This document shows positions 1 to 8,684 of a stretch of DNA of 64,000 nt, piece by piece. The notes under the pieces were generated by a model. That model saw only the letters and a list, made by a program, of their open reading frames with translations. It searched no databases and was not told where the DNA came from. Numbering within the stretch: the stretch's first letter is position 1; each line of letters starts with the position of its first letter. The position numbers were made by a program, and so were the translations under genes. The stretch is from sequence record NC_048048.2; one strand, 5' to 3'.

Positions 1-10
1 GAGGCGTCTG

Positions 11-541
11 ATGCTCGGTTTCCTCTTTGGGCACTTTGATCTTTTCGGGTTCATCTTCGGCCATCCGAAGGTGATCCTCGGCGTCATCGTCCTGGCGCTG
101 GCCGCCGGCCTGATCGTCTTCAAGGGCGCGTTCCTGAAGTTCATCACCAACGCCCGCGTGCTGCTGGTGATCGCCGTCGCCGTCGGCATCCTGTCGGTGG
201 CGAGCGTCAAGCGCGACATGGCCGCGCTCGAAGCCAAGAACGCCCACCTGACCGAACAGGTTCAGGCTGCCGCCGATGGCGCCAAGGCCGTTTCCCACAA
301 ATCCGAAGCGCAGCGCGTGAACGCCCGAAACACCGCGCGCCTGCATGAGGTTATTTCCAATGCAAAGCCCGACCAAGCCCTCGACGACGTCCTCGACGAG
401 ATCGCCCTTCAACAAGGCCAGAGCGTCCCTGGCGGCGCTGGCCATGATCCTGTCGCTCAGCCTGTCGGCGTGCGCAACGACGCCCCCGCCGCCTATCAAC
501 CCGGAAGCATTGATCCCAACGACATTGACCGTCTGCGCTGA
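11..541 (+). CDS. inner-membrane spanin (i-spanin, Rz-like)
   Basis: N-terminal TM segments, then a coiled-coil periplasmic region; its 3' part overlaps a +1-frame lipoprotein ORF. Confidence 0.75.
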   Translation: MLGFLFGHFDLFGFIFGHPKVILGVIVLALAAGLIVFKGAFLKFITNARVLLVIAVAVGILSVASVKRDMAALEAKNAHLTEQVQAAADGAKAVSHKSEAQRVNARNTARLHEVISNAKPDQALDDVLDEIALQQGQSVPGGAGHDPVAQPVGVRNDAPAAYQPGSIDPNDIDRLR

Positions 542-746
542 CGCGCCGAAGGTTCCCGATCGGATCAGTCCAGGCGAGCCGCGTTCCGACGCGGTCCAGG
601 CCAACTATGTCGTCGGCCTCTACGACGCCTATAAGGACTGCAAAGCCACGGTCGAGGCGGTCAAGGTCCGCCGCCAATCCCTGGATCAGCGCGAATTCGA
701 GGCCAAGCCCTGGTACCAGCGCCTGTTCAAGAAGGCTCCCCAATGA
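360..746 (+). CDS. outer-membrane spanin (o-spanin, Rz1-like lipoprotein)
   Basis: Lipobox LSLSA-C followed by a Pro-rich segment; overlaps the i-spanin in another frame; start could be 345, 360 or 444. Confidence 0.75.
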   Translation: MQSPTKPSTTSSTRSPFNKARASLAALAMILSLSLSACATTPPPPINPEALIPTTLTVCADAPKVPDRISPGEPRSDAVQANYVVGLYDAYKDCKATVEAVKVRRQSLDQREFEAKPWYQRLFKKAPQ

Positions 747-1099
747 TCCCGCATCTCCGCCAAGACCATGACGATCTCCTGGCGCGTATCGCCGCGCTGG
801 AGGCCGAGGTCGAGAAGCTGAAGAACGCCCTGTTCCATCGCCATCCCGACCCCGTGGTTCCGCTTCCGGCGCGACCCATCCCCGCGCCGTCGCCCATGGT
901 GCCCTACACGCCACAACCGTTCGACTATCCGACGGTCGTGCCGATGACTCCCATGGTGCCGCTCCAGCCGGGTTTCCCGAGCTTTCCGGGCGTGCCGACC
1001 TATCCGGCGTATCCAGCCCTGGACCCCACGTCGCCCTACGCGCCCTGGGTAACGCCCATCACCATCTGCGCGACCGACAACGCCTCGGATGCGGCATAG
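743..1099 (+). CDS. hypothetical protein, coiled-coil plus Pro-rich
   Basis: ATGA overlap with the upstream stop; phage-like codon usage. Confidence 0.6.
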   Translation: MIPHLRQDHDDLLARIAALEAEVEKLKNALFHRHPDPVVPLPARPIPAPSPMVPYTPQPFDYPTVVPMTPMVPLQPGFPSFPGVPTYPAYPALDPTSPYAPWVTPITICATDNASDAA

Positions 1100-2091
1100 G
1101 CCGCGCCCCGCGCCTCGATCGCCTTCAGATAATCCTCGCCGGCCAGGAAGACTTCGACGTTTTCCTGGTCGTCGCCTTTTTTGATGTCCTTCATGTTGGA
1201 CTTCAGGACCGAGGCATGCTTGGTCAGCATGTCCATCTCGCCCGATCCATCACGCTTGACGACCCCGACGCGAACGGCGCCGGCCGTCTTGCGCACATCC
1301 TCGATGGGCCGGTCAATCAGCACATAGGCCACCTTGACGCCCTTGGGCGCCAGCTTGGCCAGCGCCACGCGATCGGCGCGCCGGATATTCGTGGCGTCCA
1401 CCACCGTCGGCAGGCCGCCGTCCATTCGCGCCGCGACCACCTTGTGAACGGCGGCGAAGACCGCCGCATTGCGGTCCTGGATGTGCGGCGAGCCGGTCAG
1501 GAGGCGCCGGAACGCGTCCGACGAGACGATCGTCGCCGGATCGAAGTGGCGGCTGGCGAAGGTCGACTTGCCTGCGCCCGAGATGCCGATCAACACCGTC
1601 AGCAGCGGCACGCCCCCGTCGACATACACGCCATAGGGCCGCACCCTCGGCGGTTCGTCGAAGTCGCCCGGCGCGACCTGGAAGCAGGCCACGCCGTTGT
1701 CGCGCCACATGTCCACGACCTTCTGACGATCATCGAAGATCGCGTCGGGCTCGTTGCCCAGGGCGCGCTCCTCCAAGAGCCAGGACAGCTTCAGCTTCTC
1801 GTCGGGCGTGTTGTCGCCTTCCACCCGCATGCGCTTGAGGTGTGCGCGATCGATGCCCTGGGCCTCCAGCCACACCGCCGATTTTTCGAAAACGATATCG
1901 CTGCGGCCCGACCAGATTTCGACTCGGTGGCCAGCCTGGATCAGGTCCTTCATGATGTTGAGGACGGCGTGGACCGGCTCGTCCTGATCGCAGGCCTGGA
2001 AGAACTCGTCCCACTTCTTCATCGCCACCAGATGGCGTCGATGATCGATCCAGGCGATCGTGCCGTCGAAATCGAAGATGTAGTAGCCCAC
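1036..2091 (-). CDS. polynucleotide 3'-phosphatase/5'-kinase (Pnkp; HAD domain then P-loop kinase)
   Basis: DFDGT HAD motif, FDDR motif, GISGAGKST Walker A, VVDATN; GTG start with AGGAG SD. Confidence 0.88.
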   Translation of the reverse strand: MGYYIFDFDGTIAWIDHRRHLVAMKKWDEFFQACDQDEPVHAVLNIMKDLIQAGHRVEIWSGRSDIVFEKSAVWLEAQGIDRAHLKRMRVEGDNTPDEKLKLSWLLEERALGNEPDAIFDDRQKVVDMWRDNGVACFQVAPGDFDEPPRVRPYGVYVDGGVPLLTVLIGISGAGKSTFASRHFDPATIVSSDAFRRLLTGSPHIQDRNAAVFAAVHKVVAARMDGGLPTVVDATNIRRADRVALAKLAPKGVKVAYVLIDRPIEDVRKTAGAVRVGVVKRDGSGEMDMLTKHASVLKSNMKDIKKGDDQENVEVFLAGEDYLKAIEARGAAYAASEALSVAQMVMGVTQGA

Positions 2092-2124
2092 GCCCGTCTC
2101 CTATGAGGTTCGGCTGGGACATTA

Positions 2125-2150
2125 TCCACGTCACGGGCGCCCGTCAACGA
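2125..2150 (-). promoter_or_regulatory. sigma70-type promoter for pnkp
   Basis: TTGACG-N16/17-GATAAT on the minus strand. Confidence 0.6.
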
Positions 2151-2203
2151 AAACCGTGGCGCATTTCTTGACACGGTGACGTGGATCGTGACATGGACGT
2201 GCC

Positions 2204-2845
2204 ATGCTCCTCTCTCCCGCCGTCCGCAAGGACCCGTCCATGCTCGGGCAGCAGCAGTATGCGCGCTCCGAGCATGATCACTACCCCACGCCGCCCAAGG
2301 CGACCCAGGCGTTCCTCGACCATCCCTATGTCGCTTCCCTGATCGCCGACCGCGTGATCTGGGAGCCGGCGTGCGGAAACGGGGCCATCGTTAAGGTTAT
2401 CGCCCCGCAGGTCCGCGCCACCTATGCCACCGATCTGGTGGTCTATCCAGGCGATTTCGAACCGGACGGCCTGGGCGATTTCTACGCCATCAAGGACCTC
2501 GCCAACGACTTGTCGCTGGTGATTGGCAAGACCGCCGAGGTCCCCGACGGCATCATCACCAACCCGCCCTATGGCAAGGACGCCGAGCGCTTCGCCCGAC
2601 ACGCGCTCGACCTGATGCGTCCCGTCGGGGGCTTCGTGGCCATGCTGTGCCGGCACGAATGGGACGCGGCCAAGGGCCGCAAGGACCTCTTCGACAGCCC
2701 GGCCTTCGCCGCCAAGATCACCCTGCGCTTTCGTCCGCGCTGGTTCGAGAACACCACCGGCGCGCCGCGCCACTCCTATGCTTGGTACGTCTGGTCCTGG
2801 GCCAAAGACGCTGCCACGCCCCCGATGACCCTTTACGCAGGCTGA
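2204..2845 (+). CDS. N6-adenine (amino) DNA methyltransferase
   Basis: WEPACGNG SAM-binding motif and IITNPPY catalytic motif. Confidence 0.85.
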   Translation: MLLSPAVRKDPSMLGQQQYARSEHDHYPTPPKATQAFLDHPYVASLIADRVIWEPACGNGAIVKVIAPQVRATYATDLVVYPGDFEPDGLGDFYAIKDLANDLSLVIGKTAEVPDGIITNPPYGKDAERFARHALDLMRPVGGFVAMLCRHEWDAAKGRKDLFDSPAFAAKITLRFRPRWFENTTGAPRHSYAWYVWSWAKDAATPPMTLYAG

Positions 2846-2851
2846 GTACCC

Positions 2852-4744
2852 ATGGGCTGGCTTTACCCCCAATACGACCAGGAACCGGCGCCCGAGCCGC
2901 GCGAATACACCGAAGCCGAAGCGATCGCCGCGCGGGCGCGCCTGGAAGAGGCCCGAGCCGAACGCGCCGAGGAGATCGCCGACTGGCTGACGAATGGCCC
3001 GAACCATTATCGGCCCAGCGAAGCTGAAGTCGAGGCTGCCGAGACCCAGGTGGTGGAAGACGTCCCGCGCAAGGTCAAGCTCGAAGGCCTGACCCTCACC
3101 GAACTCGCCTCCCTGGCGCACACCGAAATCCTCGCCCTGGTCAAAAAGGCCGGCGGCCAACGCGCTTTCGCCCGCAAGACCGGCATCCCGCGCACCACGC
3201 TGCAAGGCTATCTCAACAAGTCCCGCGAGGACCCGTTCGGTCACAGGCCCGCGCCCGAGCCCGTCGAGATGATTACCGACTTCGGGCCGGCCATGCGCCG
3301 CGTAGTGCGGCGGTTCATCCTGACCTCGGCCCAGGACGGCACCAAGGTCCACGAGCCTTTCCTGCGCAACCTGGAAGCCTACGTCTCCTACCTCAACACG
3401 CCCGAAGGCGACACCTGCGAACTCTTCGTCGCCGGCTTCACCTACAACAAGTCGCTGTTCGAGGACCACTCCAAGCAGAAGGTCTTCTGGCCCGAGTCGA
3501 TCAAGAAGTACATGCGCGACGAGCGCCTGCGCTTCAACGATCGCGTCGACTTCTGCGCCGAGATGAACACGCTGCCGACGGCCGTTTCGCCCTTGTCGGG
3601 CTTCGACGGCTACACCCATGACAAATGGGGCATCTTCCCCCATCCCAAGGTGCAGTTGGTCTCGGTTCCGACCATGGCCCACAAGCCGGCCAAGATGAAC
3701 ATGACCACCGGCGCGGTCACCATGCCCAACTATGTGCCCAAGAAGGCCGGGCTCAAGGCCGCCTTCCACCACATCATCGGCGCGGTGATCCTGGAAATGG
3801 ACGCGCGCGGCCGGTTCTTCTGCCGCCACCTGATCGCCGACGAAGCCGATGGCAGCTTCTACGACCTGGACCGCTTTGTGTTCGACGGCGAGGTCACCAC
3901 GGGCCATCGCGCCCGCGCCCTGACCCCCGGCGACGTCCACGTCTTCCAGATCGATCCGATGGTCTCGGCCGTCACCTTCGGCATGTCGCCCACCAACCTC
4001 GAACACGAGGAGCATGGCCGCGTCTGGGAGGCGACCGATCAGGTCTCGATCATCGACCACCTGCGCCCCGAATACCTCTTCATCCATGATGTGTGCGACT
4101 TCAGGGTCCGCAACCACCACTCGATCGCCGATCCGCTCGACCGTTTCCGCCTGTTCGTCGACGGCACCGAGTCGGTCGAGGATGAGTTGAAGGAAGTCGC
4201 CTTCTTCCTGTCGACCGTGGGTCGCGAAGACATGCAGACCGTGGTGGTCGAAAGCAACCACGATCTGGCGCTCAAGAAGTGGCTCAACACTGCCGACTAC
4301 CGGCACGATCCGGTCAACGCTCTCTTTTTCCTGCGCTGCCAGACGGCCTCCTACGAGGCCGTGGCCAACCGGATCGATCACTTCTCGATCTTCGAGCACG
4401 TGATGAAGACCTCGTTCGAGGACTACGACTGCAAGGACGTCGTCTTCCTGCGCGAGGACGACACCTTCGTCGTCGACGGCGTCGAGATGGCCAACCATGG
4501 CCACAACGGCGCCAACGGGTCGCGGGGCAACATCAAGCAGTTCTCCAAGGTCGCCTCCAAGGTGACGATCGGCCATTCCCATTCGGCCGGCATCAACGAC
4601 GGCGCGGTGCAGACTGGCACTTCGACGAAGATGAAGCTCGGCTACAACAAGGGACCGGGCTCCTGGTCCTGGTCGCATGCCCTCCAGTACCAGAACGGCA
4701 AGCGCACCCTGCTGACCATCCAAGACGGTCTCGCCTATCTGTGA
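2852..4744 (+). CDS. HTH plus calcineurin-like metallophosphoesterase (T5 A1-like)
   Basis: HTH-like GGQRAFARKTGIPRTTLQGYL; GDVH, HDVCD, SNHD, NHGH and GHSH metallophosphoesterase motifs. Confidence 0.7.
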   Translation: MGWLYPQYDQEPAPEPREYTEAEAIAARARLEEARAERAEEIADWLTNGPNHYRPSEAEVEAAETQVVEDVPRKVKLEGLTLTELASLAHTEILALVKKAGGQRAFARKTGIPRTTLQGYLNKSREDPFGHRPAPEPVEMITDFGPAMRRVVRRFILTSAQDGTKVHEPFLRNLEAYVSYLNTPEGDTCELFVAGFTYNKSLFEDHSKQKVFWPESIKKYMRDERLRFNDRVDFCAEMNTLPTAVSPLSGFDGYTHDKWGIFPHPKVQLVSVPTMAHKPAKMNMTTGAVTMPNYVPKKAGLKAAFHHIIGAVILEMDARGRFFCRHLIADEADGSFYDLDRFVFDGEVTTGHRARALTPGDVHVFQIDPMVSAVTFGMSPTNLEHEEHGRVWEATDQVSIIDHLRPEYLFIHDVCDFRVRNHHSIADPLDRFRLFVDGTESVEDELKEVAFFLSTVGREDMQTVVVESNHDLALKKWLNTADYRHDPVNALFFLRCQTASYEAVANRIDHFSIFEHVMKTSFEDYDCKDVVFLREDDTFVVDGVEMANHGHNGANGSRGNIKQFSKVASKVTIGHSHSAGINDGAVQTGTSTKMKLGYNKGPGSWSWSHALQYQNGKRTLLTIQDGLAYL

Positions 4745-4772
4745 CGTTATTCTTGACATGGCCGTTAACCAT
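4741..4772 (+). promoter_or_regulatory. GTGACG-TCTTGAC promoter motif with TTAACCAT (CtrA-like) box
   Basis: GTGACGTTATTCTTGAC...TTAACCAT. Confidence 0.6.
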
Positions 4773-4807
4773 GTCATGAATGGCGTCACCAAAGCCCCCG
4801 GACATCC

Positions 4808-5794
4808 ATGACCTTCCGCTACCTGACGACCTGCTCGGGCGTCGAGGCGGTGACGCTCGGCTGGGCGCCGCTTGGCGCCCGCGCCGTCGCCTATTCCGAC
4901 TACGACCCCGACAACGACTTCCCCACGCGCTTCCTGAAGGAGCGCTTTCCCGAAACCCCCAACCTTGGCGACATGCTGAAGATCGACGGCCGCCTCTGGC
5001 GCGGCCGGGTCGACGTGCTCTGGGGCTCCACGCCCTGCCAGAGCTTCAGCCTGGGCGGTCTGCGCAAGGGCATCAAGGACCCACGAGGCGCCTTGACCCC
5101 GGCCCTGGTCGGCCTCGCCAACGAAATCGCCCCAAAGGTTCTCTGCTGGGAGAACGTCGACGGGGTCCTTACCGACGGAGACAACGCTTTTGGATGCTTT
5201 CTCGCAGCGCTGGCCGGAAGCGATACTGTCCTCGTCGCTCCAGGGAACAAATGGCCAAGTGCAGGTTACGTTGTTGGACCCGAACGCCGTGTTGCGTGGC
5301 GACTCCTCGATGCCAAACACTTCTTCCTCCCCCAGCAGCGCCGGCGAGTGTTCCTTGTCGCGTGTCCTGTTGACGGACCCGATCCCCGAGAAGTTCTATT
5401 TGAAGGCTTCGCGCCTTTCGACACTCTTGGCGAACGCCGAGAAAGCTGGGCGCCAGTTGTCGAGCGCCGCGATGTCAGCGCTGACGCTTACGCCTGCGCG
5501 ATCCGAGGCCGCAAGCACGGACAGCAGTTCGAGCAAGGCGGCCTGATCGCCAACTGCCTGCGCGCCAGCCAGGGCGGCTCCGACAAGCCCCAGGTCTTGG
5601 CCAAGGAAGCCGGCGAGCAATGGCGGGTCCGCAACATGACCCCCGTCGAGGCCGAGCGGTGCATGGGCATGCCCGACAACTGGACCCTGATCCCCGGCGC
5701 CTCCGACAGCGACCGCTACCACGCCATCGGCAACAGCCTTGCCGTCCCCTGCGTCCGCTACATCGGCGAACGCCTCCTCAAAGTGCTCGGGTAA
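4808..5794 (+). CDS. C5-cytosine DNA methyltransferase (alpha-type polypeptide)
   Basis: CSGVEA motif I, PCQ motif IV, ENV motif VI, QQRRRVF motif VIII, GNSL motif X. Confidence 0.92.
   Translation: MTFRYLTTCSGVEAVTLGWAPLGARAVAYSDYDPDNDFPTRFLKERFPETPNLGDMLKIDGRLWRGRVDVLWGSTPCQSFSLGGLRKGIKDPRGALTPALVGLANEIAPKVLCWENVDGVLTDGDNAFGCFLAALAGSDTVLVAPGNKWPSAGYVVGPERRVAWRLLDAKHFFLPQQRRRVFLVACPVDGPDPREVLFEGFAPFDTLGERRESWAPVVERRDVSADAYACAIRGRKHGQQFEQGGLIANCLRASQGGSDKPQVLAKEAGEQWRVRNMTPVEAERCMGMPDNWTLIPGASDSDRYHAIGNSLAVPCVRYIGERLLKVLG
5190..5546 (+). CDS. putative beta polypeptide of a split C5-MTase, encoded in the +1 frame inside the MTase gene
   Basis: CSLSRVLLTDPIPEKFYLKASRLSTLLANAEKAGRQL resembles alternative-frame beta chains of the M.EcoHK31I type; local loss of GC3 bias. 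Confidence 0.6.
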   Translation: MDAFSQRWPEAILSSSLQGTNGQVQVTLLDPNAVLRGDSSMPNTSSSPSSAGECSLSRVLLTDPIPEKFYLKASRLSTLLANAEKAGRQLSSAAMSALTLTPARSEAASTDSSSSKAA

Positions 5795-5894
5795 GACGAA
5801 CCCCGTCAACCCGGCCTCCTGGCGCTGATGAAGCGCCGACACCTGCCTACCCGCGACGGAAATGCGCGGCCCTGGGCCTGGAGACCTCGACACC

Positions 5895-8171
5895 ATGAAA
5901 CTGCGCCGCCGCCGGCTCATCTGGGACATCGAAACCGATGGCCTGCTCCACGAACTGACCCGCGTCCACGTCCTGACCATTCGCGACATCGACACGCGGC
6001 AGACCTTCGTCTTCCGCCGCAACGATGTGATGGACAACATCCGCGATGGGCTGAAGATGCTCAACGAGGCCGACCTGATCGTCGGCCACAACATCATCGG
6101 GTTCGATAACTACGCGCTGTGGAAGGTCTACGGCGACGAGTACAATCCCCAGGGCACCATGCGCGACACGCTGATCATGTCGCGCATGCTCTACTCGCAG
6201 ATCAAGGACGACGACTTCCGCCTCTGGAAGCGCGGCACCCTGCCGGGCGAGTACATCGGCAGTCACACCCTGGGCGCCTGGGGCGCTCGTCTGGGCTTTC
6301 CCAAGGACGACTACGCCGCTCGCCGCAAGACCGAGGCTACCGAGAACTGGCAGACGATCTGGGGGCTGCCCGACCAGTTCAACAACGACCTGAAGGCCTA
6401 CATCCACTGGTACACCTGGGCCAACTGGAACCAGGACATGGAAGACTACGGCATCCAGGACCTGGACCCGACCGAGGCCCTTTGGCTGAAGATGGAAAAG
6501 GTCGAGTGGTCCGAGGACGCCACGATCCTGGAGCACATGATCTGCGACCTGATGGCGCGGGTCGAGCAGAACGGCATCAACTTCGACCGCACCCTGGCGC
6601 TCCAGATGGAGGCCGAGCTTCGCGCCGAATATGACGCCAAGACCAAGGAAGCCATCCAGCACTTTGGCAAGTGGTTCACCGCCACCAAGTGGCGCAAGGG
6701 CGAGCCGCCGCGCCCCGAGTTTGGCGAGGATGACAGCCGCCTCAACTGGGGCGAGGTCACCGTCCCCAAACGGTCGATCAAGTTCAAGGACCCGATGTCC
6801 AAGGGCGGCGACAAGACCGAAGGCTGCGCCTACTGCCCGATCGTTCTGAAGGAGTTCAATCCCAACTCCCGTCCCATGATCGTCAACCGTCTGGAGACGA
6901 TCTACGAGTGGGTGCCCGAGCGCTTCACCGAGAAGAACACGCCCATCGTCGACGACGAGGTGCTGCGCAACCTTGGCTTGACCATTCCGATCTGCGTCGA
7001 ACTGGCTGAAATCTTCTATTACAAAAAGCGCCTGGGCCAGCTTGCCGACGGCGCCGAATCCTGGCTGCACAACTGTGACGCCGAAGGCCGCATCCACGCC
7101 CGGATCAATCCGGGCGGCACGGTGACCAACCGCGCCAGCCACTCCAAGCCCAACATCGCCCAGGTCCCCCGCGTCGTCTACAAGAAGCTCAAGCAATGGG
7201 TTGAAAAGGACGTCACCTATCGCTGGATCGGCGGCAAGATCGCCTACGGCGTCGTCAAGACCGACAAGCGCACGGGCGAGGAGTATTTCGACCAGAACCT
7301 GACCCCGCTGCTCGATCCGAACGGTGAGCAGTTCGTTGGCGTGCCCGTGGTCGACAAGGAGACGGGCCAGTATGTCCTGGATCGCGACGGCACGATCAAG
7401 ACCAAGCCGACCCTGCTGAAGGGACGCGCCGGCGATCACGGCTGGGACAGCCGCAACCTCTTCATGGTGCCCGAAGGCTGGGTCATGATGGGCGCCGACC
7501 AGAAGGGCATCGAGCTTCGCGCCCTGGCCCACTTCATGTGGGAGTTCGACGACGGCGAATACGCCCAAATCCTACTCGAAGCCGACATCCACGACGCCCA
7601 CACCGCCGCCATGGGACTGGACTCGCGGGACAAGGCTAAGACGTTCATCTATGCGATGATCTACGGGGCGCAGGACTTCAAGCTCGGTGTCACCATCGAC
7701 CCGACGCTCGAAAACTACCCCACCAAGGCCAAGGCCCTGGGCGCCCAGATGCGCGAGCGTCTGATGTCCAGGTATCCCGCCTTGCGGAAACTGATCAAGT
7801 CGGTCCAGCGCACCGCCAAGAAGGGCTACGTCGAGGCCCTGGATGGGCGTCAACTGTTCGTCCGGGCCAAGCACAGCGCGCTCAACACGCTGCTGCAAGG
7901 CGCCGGCGCCACCCTGGCCAAAATCTGGTGCGTCTCGTTCGAGTCGTTCATGGAAGAGGCCGGGTTCAAGCACGGGTGGGACGGAGACTTCGTCATCCTG
8001 GCGTGGATTCACGACGAACTCCAGGTCGCCGTGCGCGACGACCCCGCCGTCAAGATGGCAGCCGAACGCTACATCACCGAGGCCGCCACCTACTCGGGCG
8101 AGCGCGTCAATTTCCGCCTTCCGGTCGAGATCGACGTCAAGTGGGGCACGCGCTGGAGCCACACCCACTAG
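5895..8171 (+). CDS. polA: family A DNA polymerase, T7 gp5-like, with 3'-5' exonuclease
   Basis: WDIETDG and GHNIIGFD exonuclease motifs; DQKGIELR motif A; KTFIYAMIYG motif B (Tyr at the 762-equivalent position); IHDELQ motif C. Confidence 0.95.
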   Translation: MKLRRRRLIWDIETDGLLHELTRVHVLTIRDIDTRQTFVFRRNDVMDNIRDGLKMLNEADLIVGHNIIGFDNYALWKVYGDEYNPQGTMRDTLIMSRMLYSQIKDDDFRLWKRGTLPGEYIGSHTLGAWGARLGFPKDDYAARRKTEATENWQTIWGLPDQFNNDLKAYIHWYTWANWNQDMEDYGIQDLDPTEALWLKMEKVEWSEDATILEHMICDLMARVEQNGINFDRTLALQMEAELRAEYDAKTKEAIQHFGKWFTATKWRKGEPPRPEFGEDDSRLNWGEVTVPKRSIKFKDPMSKGGDKTEGCAYCPIVLKEFNPNSRPMIVNRLETIYEWVPERFTEKNTPIVDDEVLRNLGLTIPICVELAEIFYYKKRLGQLADGAESWLHNCDAEGRIHARINPGGTVTNRASHSKPNIAQVPRVVYKKLKQWVEKDVTYRWIGGKIAYGVVKTDKRTGEEYFDQNLTPLLDPNGEQFVGVPVVDKETGQYVLDRDGTIKTKPTLLKGRAGDHGWDSRNLFMVPEGWVMMGADQKGIELRALAHFMWEFDDGEYAQILLEADIHDAHTAAMGLDSRDKAKTFIYAMIYGAQDFKLGVTIDPTLENYPTKAKALGAQMRERLMSRYPALRKLIKSVQRTAKKGYVEALDGRQLFVRAKHSALNTLLQGAGATLAKIWCVSFESFMEEAGFKHGWDGDFVILAWIHDELQVAVRDDPAVKMAAERYITEAATYSGERVNFRLPVEIDVKWGTRWSHTH

Positions 8172-8186
8172 GGCTTCGTGTCGCCA

Positions 8187-8241
8187 AAAATATCCTGTGA
8201 CGCAATTCTTGACACCGTCCCAGGCCTCCTCTATTAACCAT
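8187..8241 (+). promoter_or_regulatory. GTGACG-TCTTGAC promoter motif with TTAACCAT box
   Basis: 29-nt near-identical copy at 33294-33322. Confidence 0.65.
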
Positions 8242-8265
8242 GACAACGGGAAGGGGCTGACGCCC

Positions 8266-8625
8266 ATGACCAACTCCTCCACCACCCACGAGCCGGAATT
8301 CTTGGCGGCCAACCCCGCCACGGCCAACCTCTTCGACATCGCTCGCGTCGGTGCGCCTCTCCTGGTGCTCGGTGCGGCTGTCTCGACCTTCGCGGCGCTG
8401 CTCACCTTGGGCCTGCACGCCTGGGTCAACCCCTCCATCCCTGTTGTAGGCTTTGGACCCGCCGCGTTCTTCGCGGCTGTCCTGGTCCTCTACATCAGCC
8501 TGCAAAGCCTGATCGCCTCGACGCTTCTGAGCGTCCTAGGCGTGGCCGGCGAAGTGATGGCTGCTGGGGAGCAGGCCAGAACGGTGTCGTCGGAAGACGT
8601 CAAGAAGTTCTTGAGCCTTCGCTGA
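8266..8625 (+). CDS. hypothetical membrane protein
   Basis: Two to three hydrophobic helices; follows a promoter motif. Confidence 0.6.
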   Translation: MTNSSTTHEPEFLAANPATANLFDIARVGAPLLVLGAAVSTFAALLTLGLHAWVNPSIPVVGFGPAAFFAAVLVLYISLQSLIASTLLSVLGVAGEVMAAGEQARTVSSEDVKKFLSLR

Positions 8626-8684
8626 TCGGCGGTGCCGATCAGTCATGAACAATCGCCAAGTCTAAGTCCAATCGAAGGCTAAGT

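Noticed and set aside
11-746. Rz/Rz1 overlap as a novelty
   Set aside because: Overlapping spanin genes are well established in phage lysis cassettes
2144-5320. 1058-aa minus-strand ORF
   Set aside because: Antisense shadow of three real plus-strand genes; stop-free because of GC3-biased codons; no motifs
7173-7439. Possible intein in the DNA polymerase
   Set aside because: No Cys/Ser start, no His/Gly-Asn end followed by Cys/Ser/Thr, no block B
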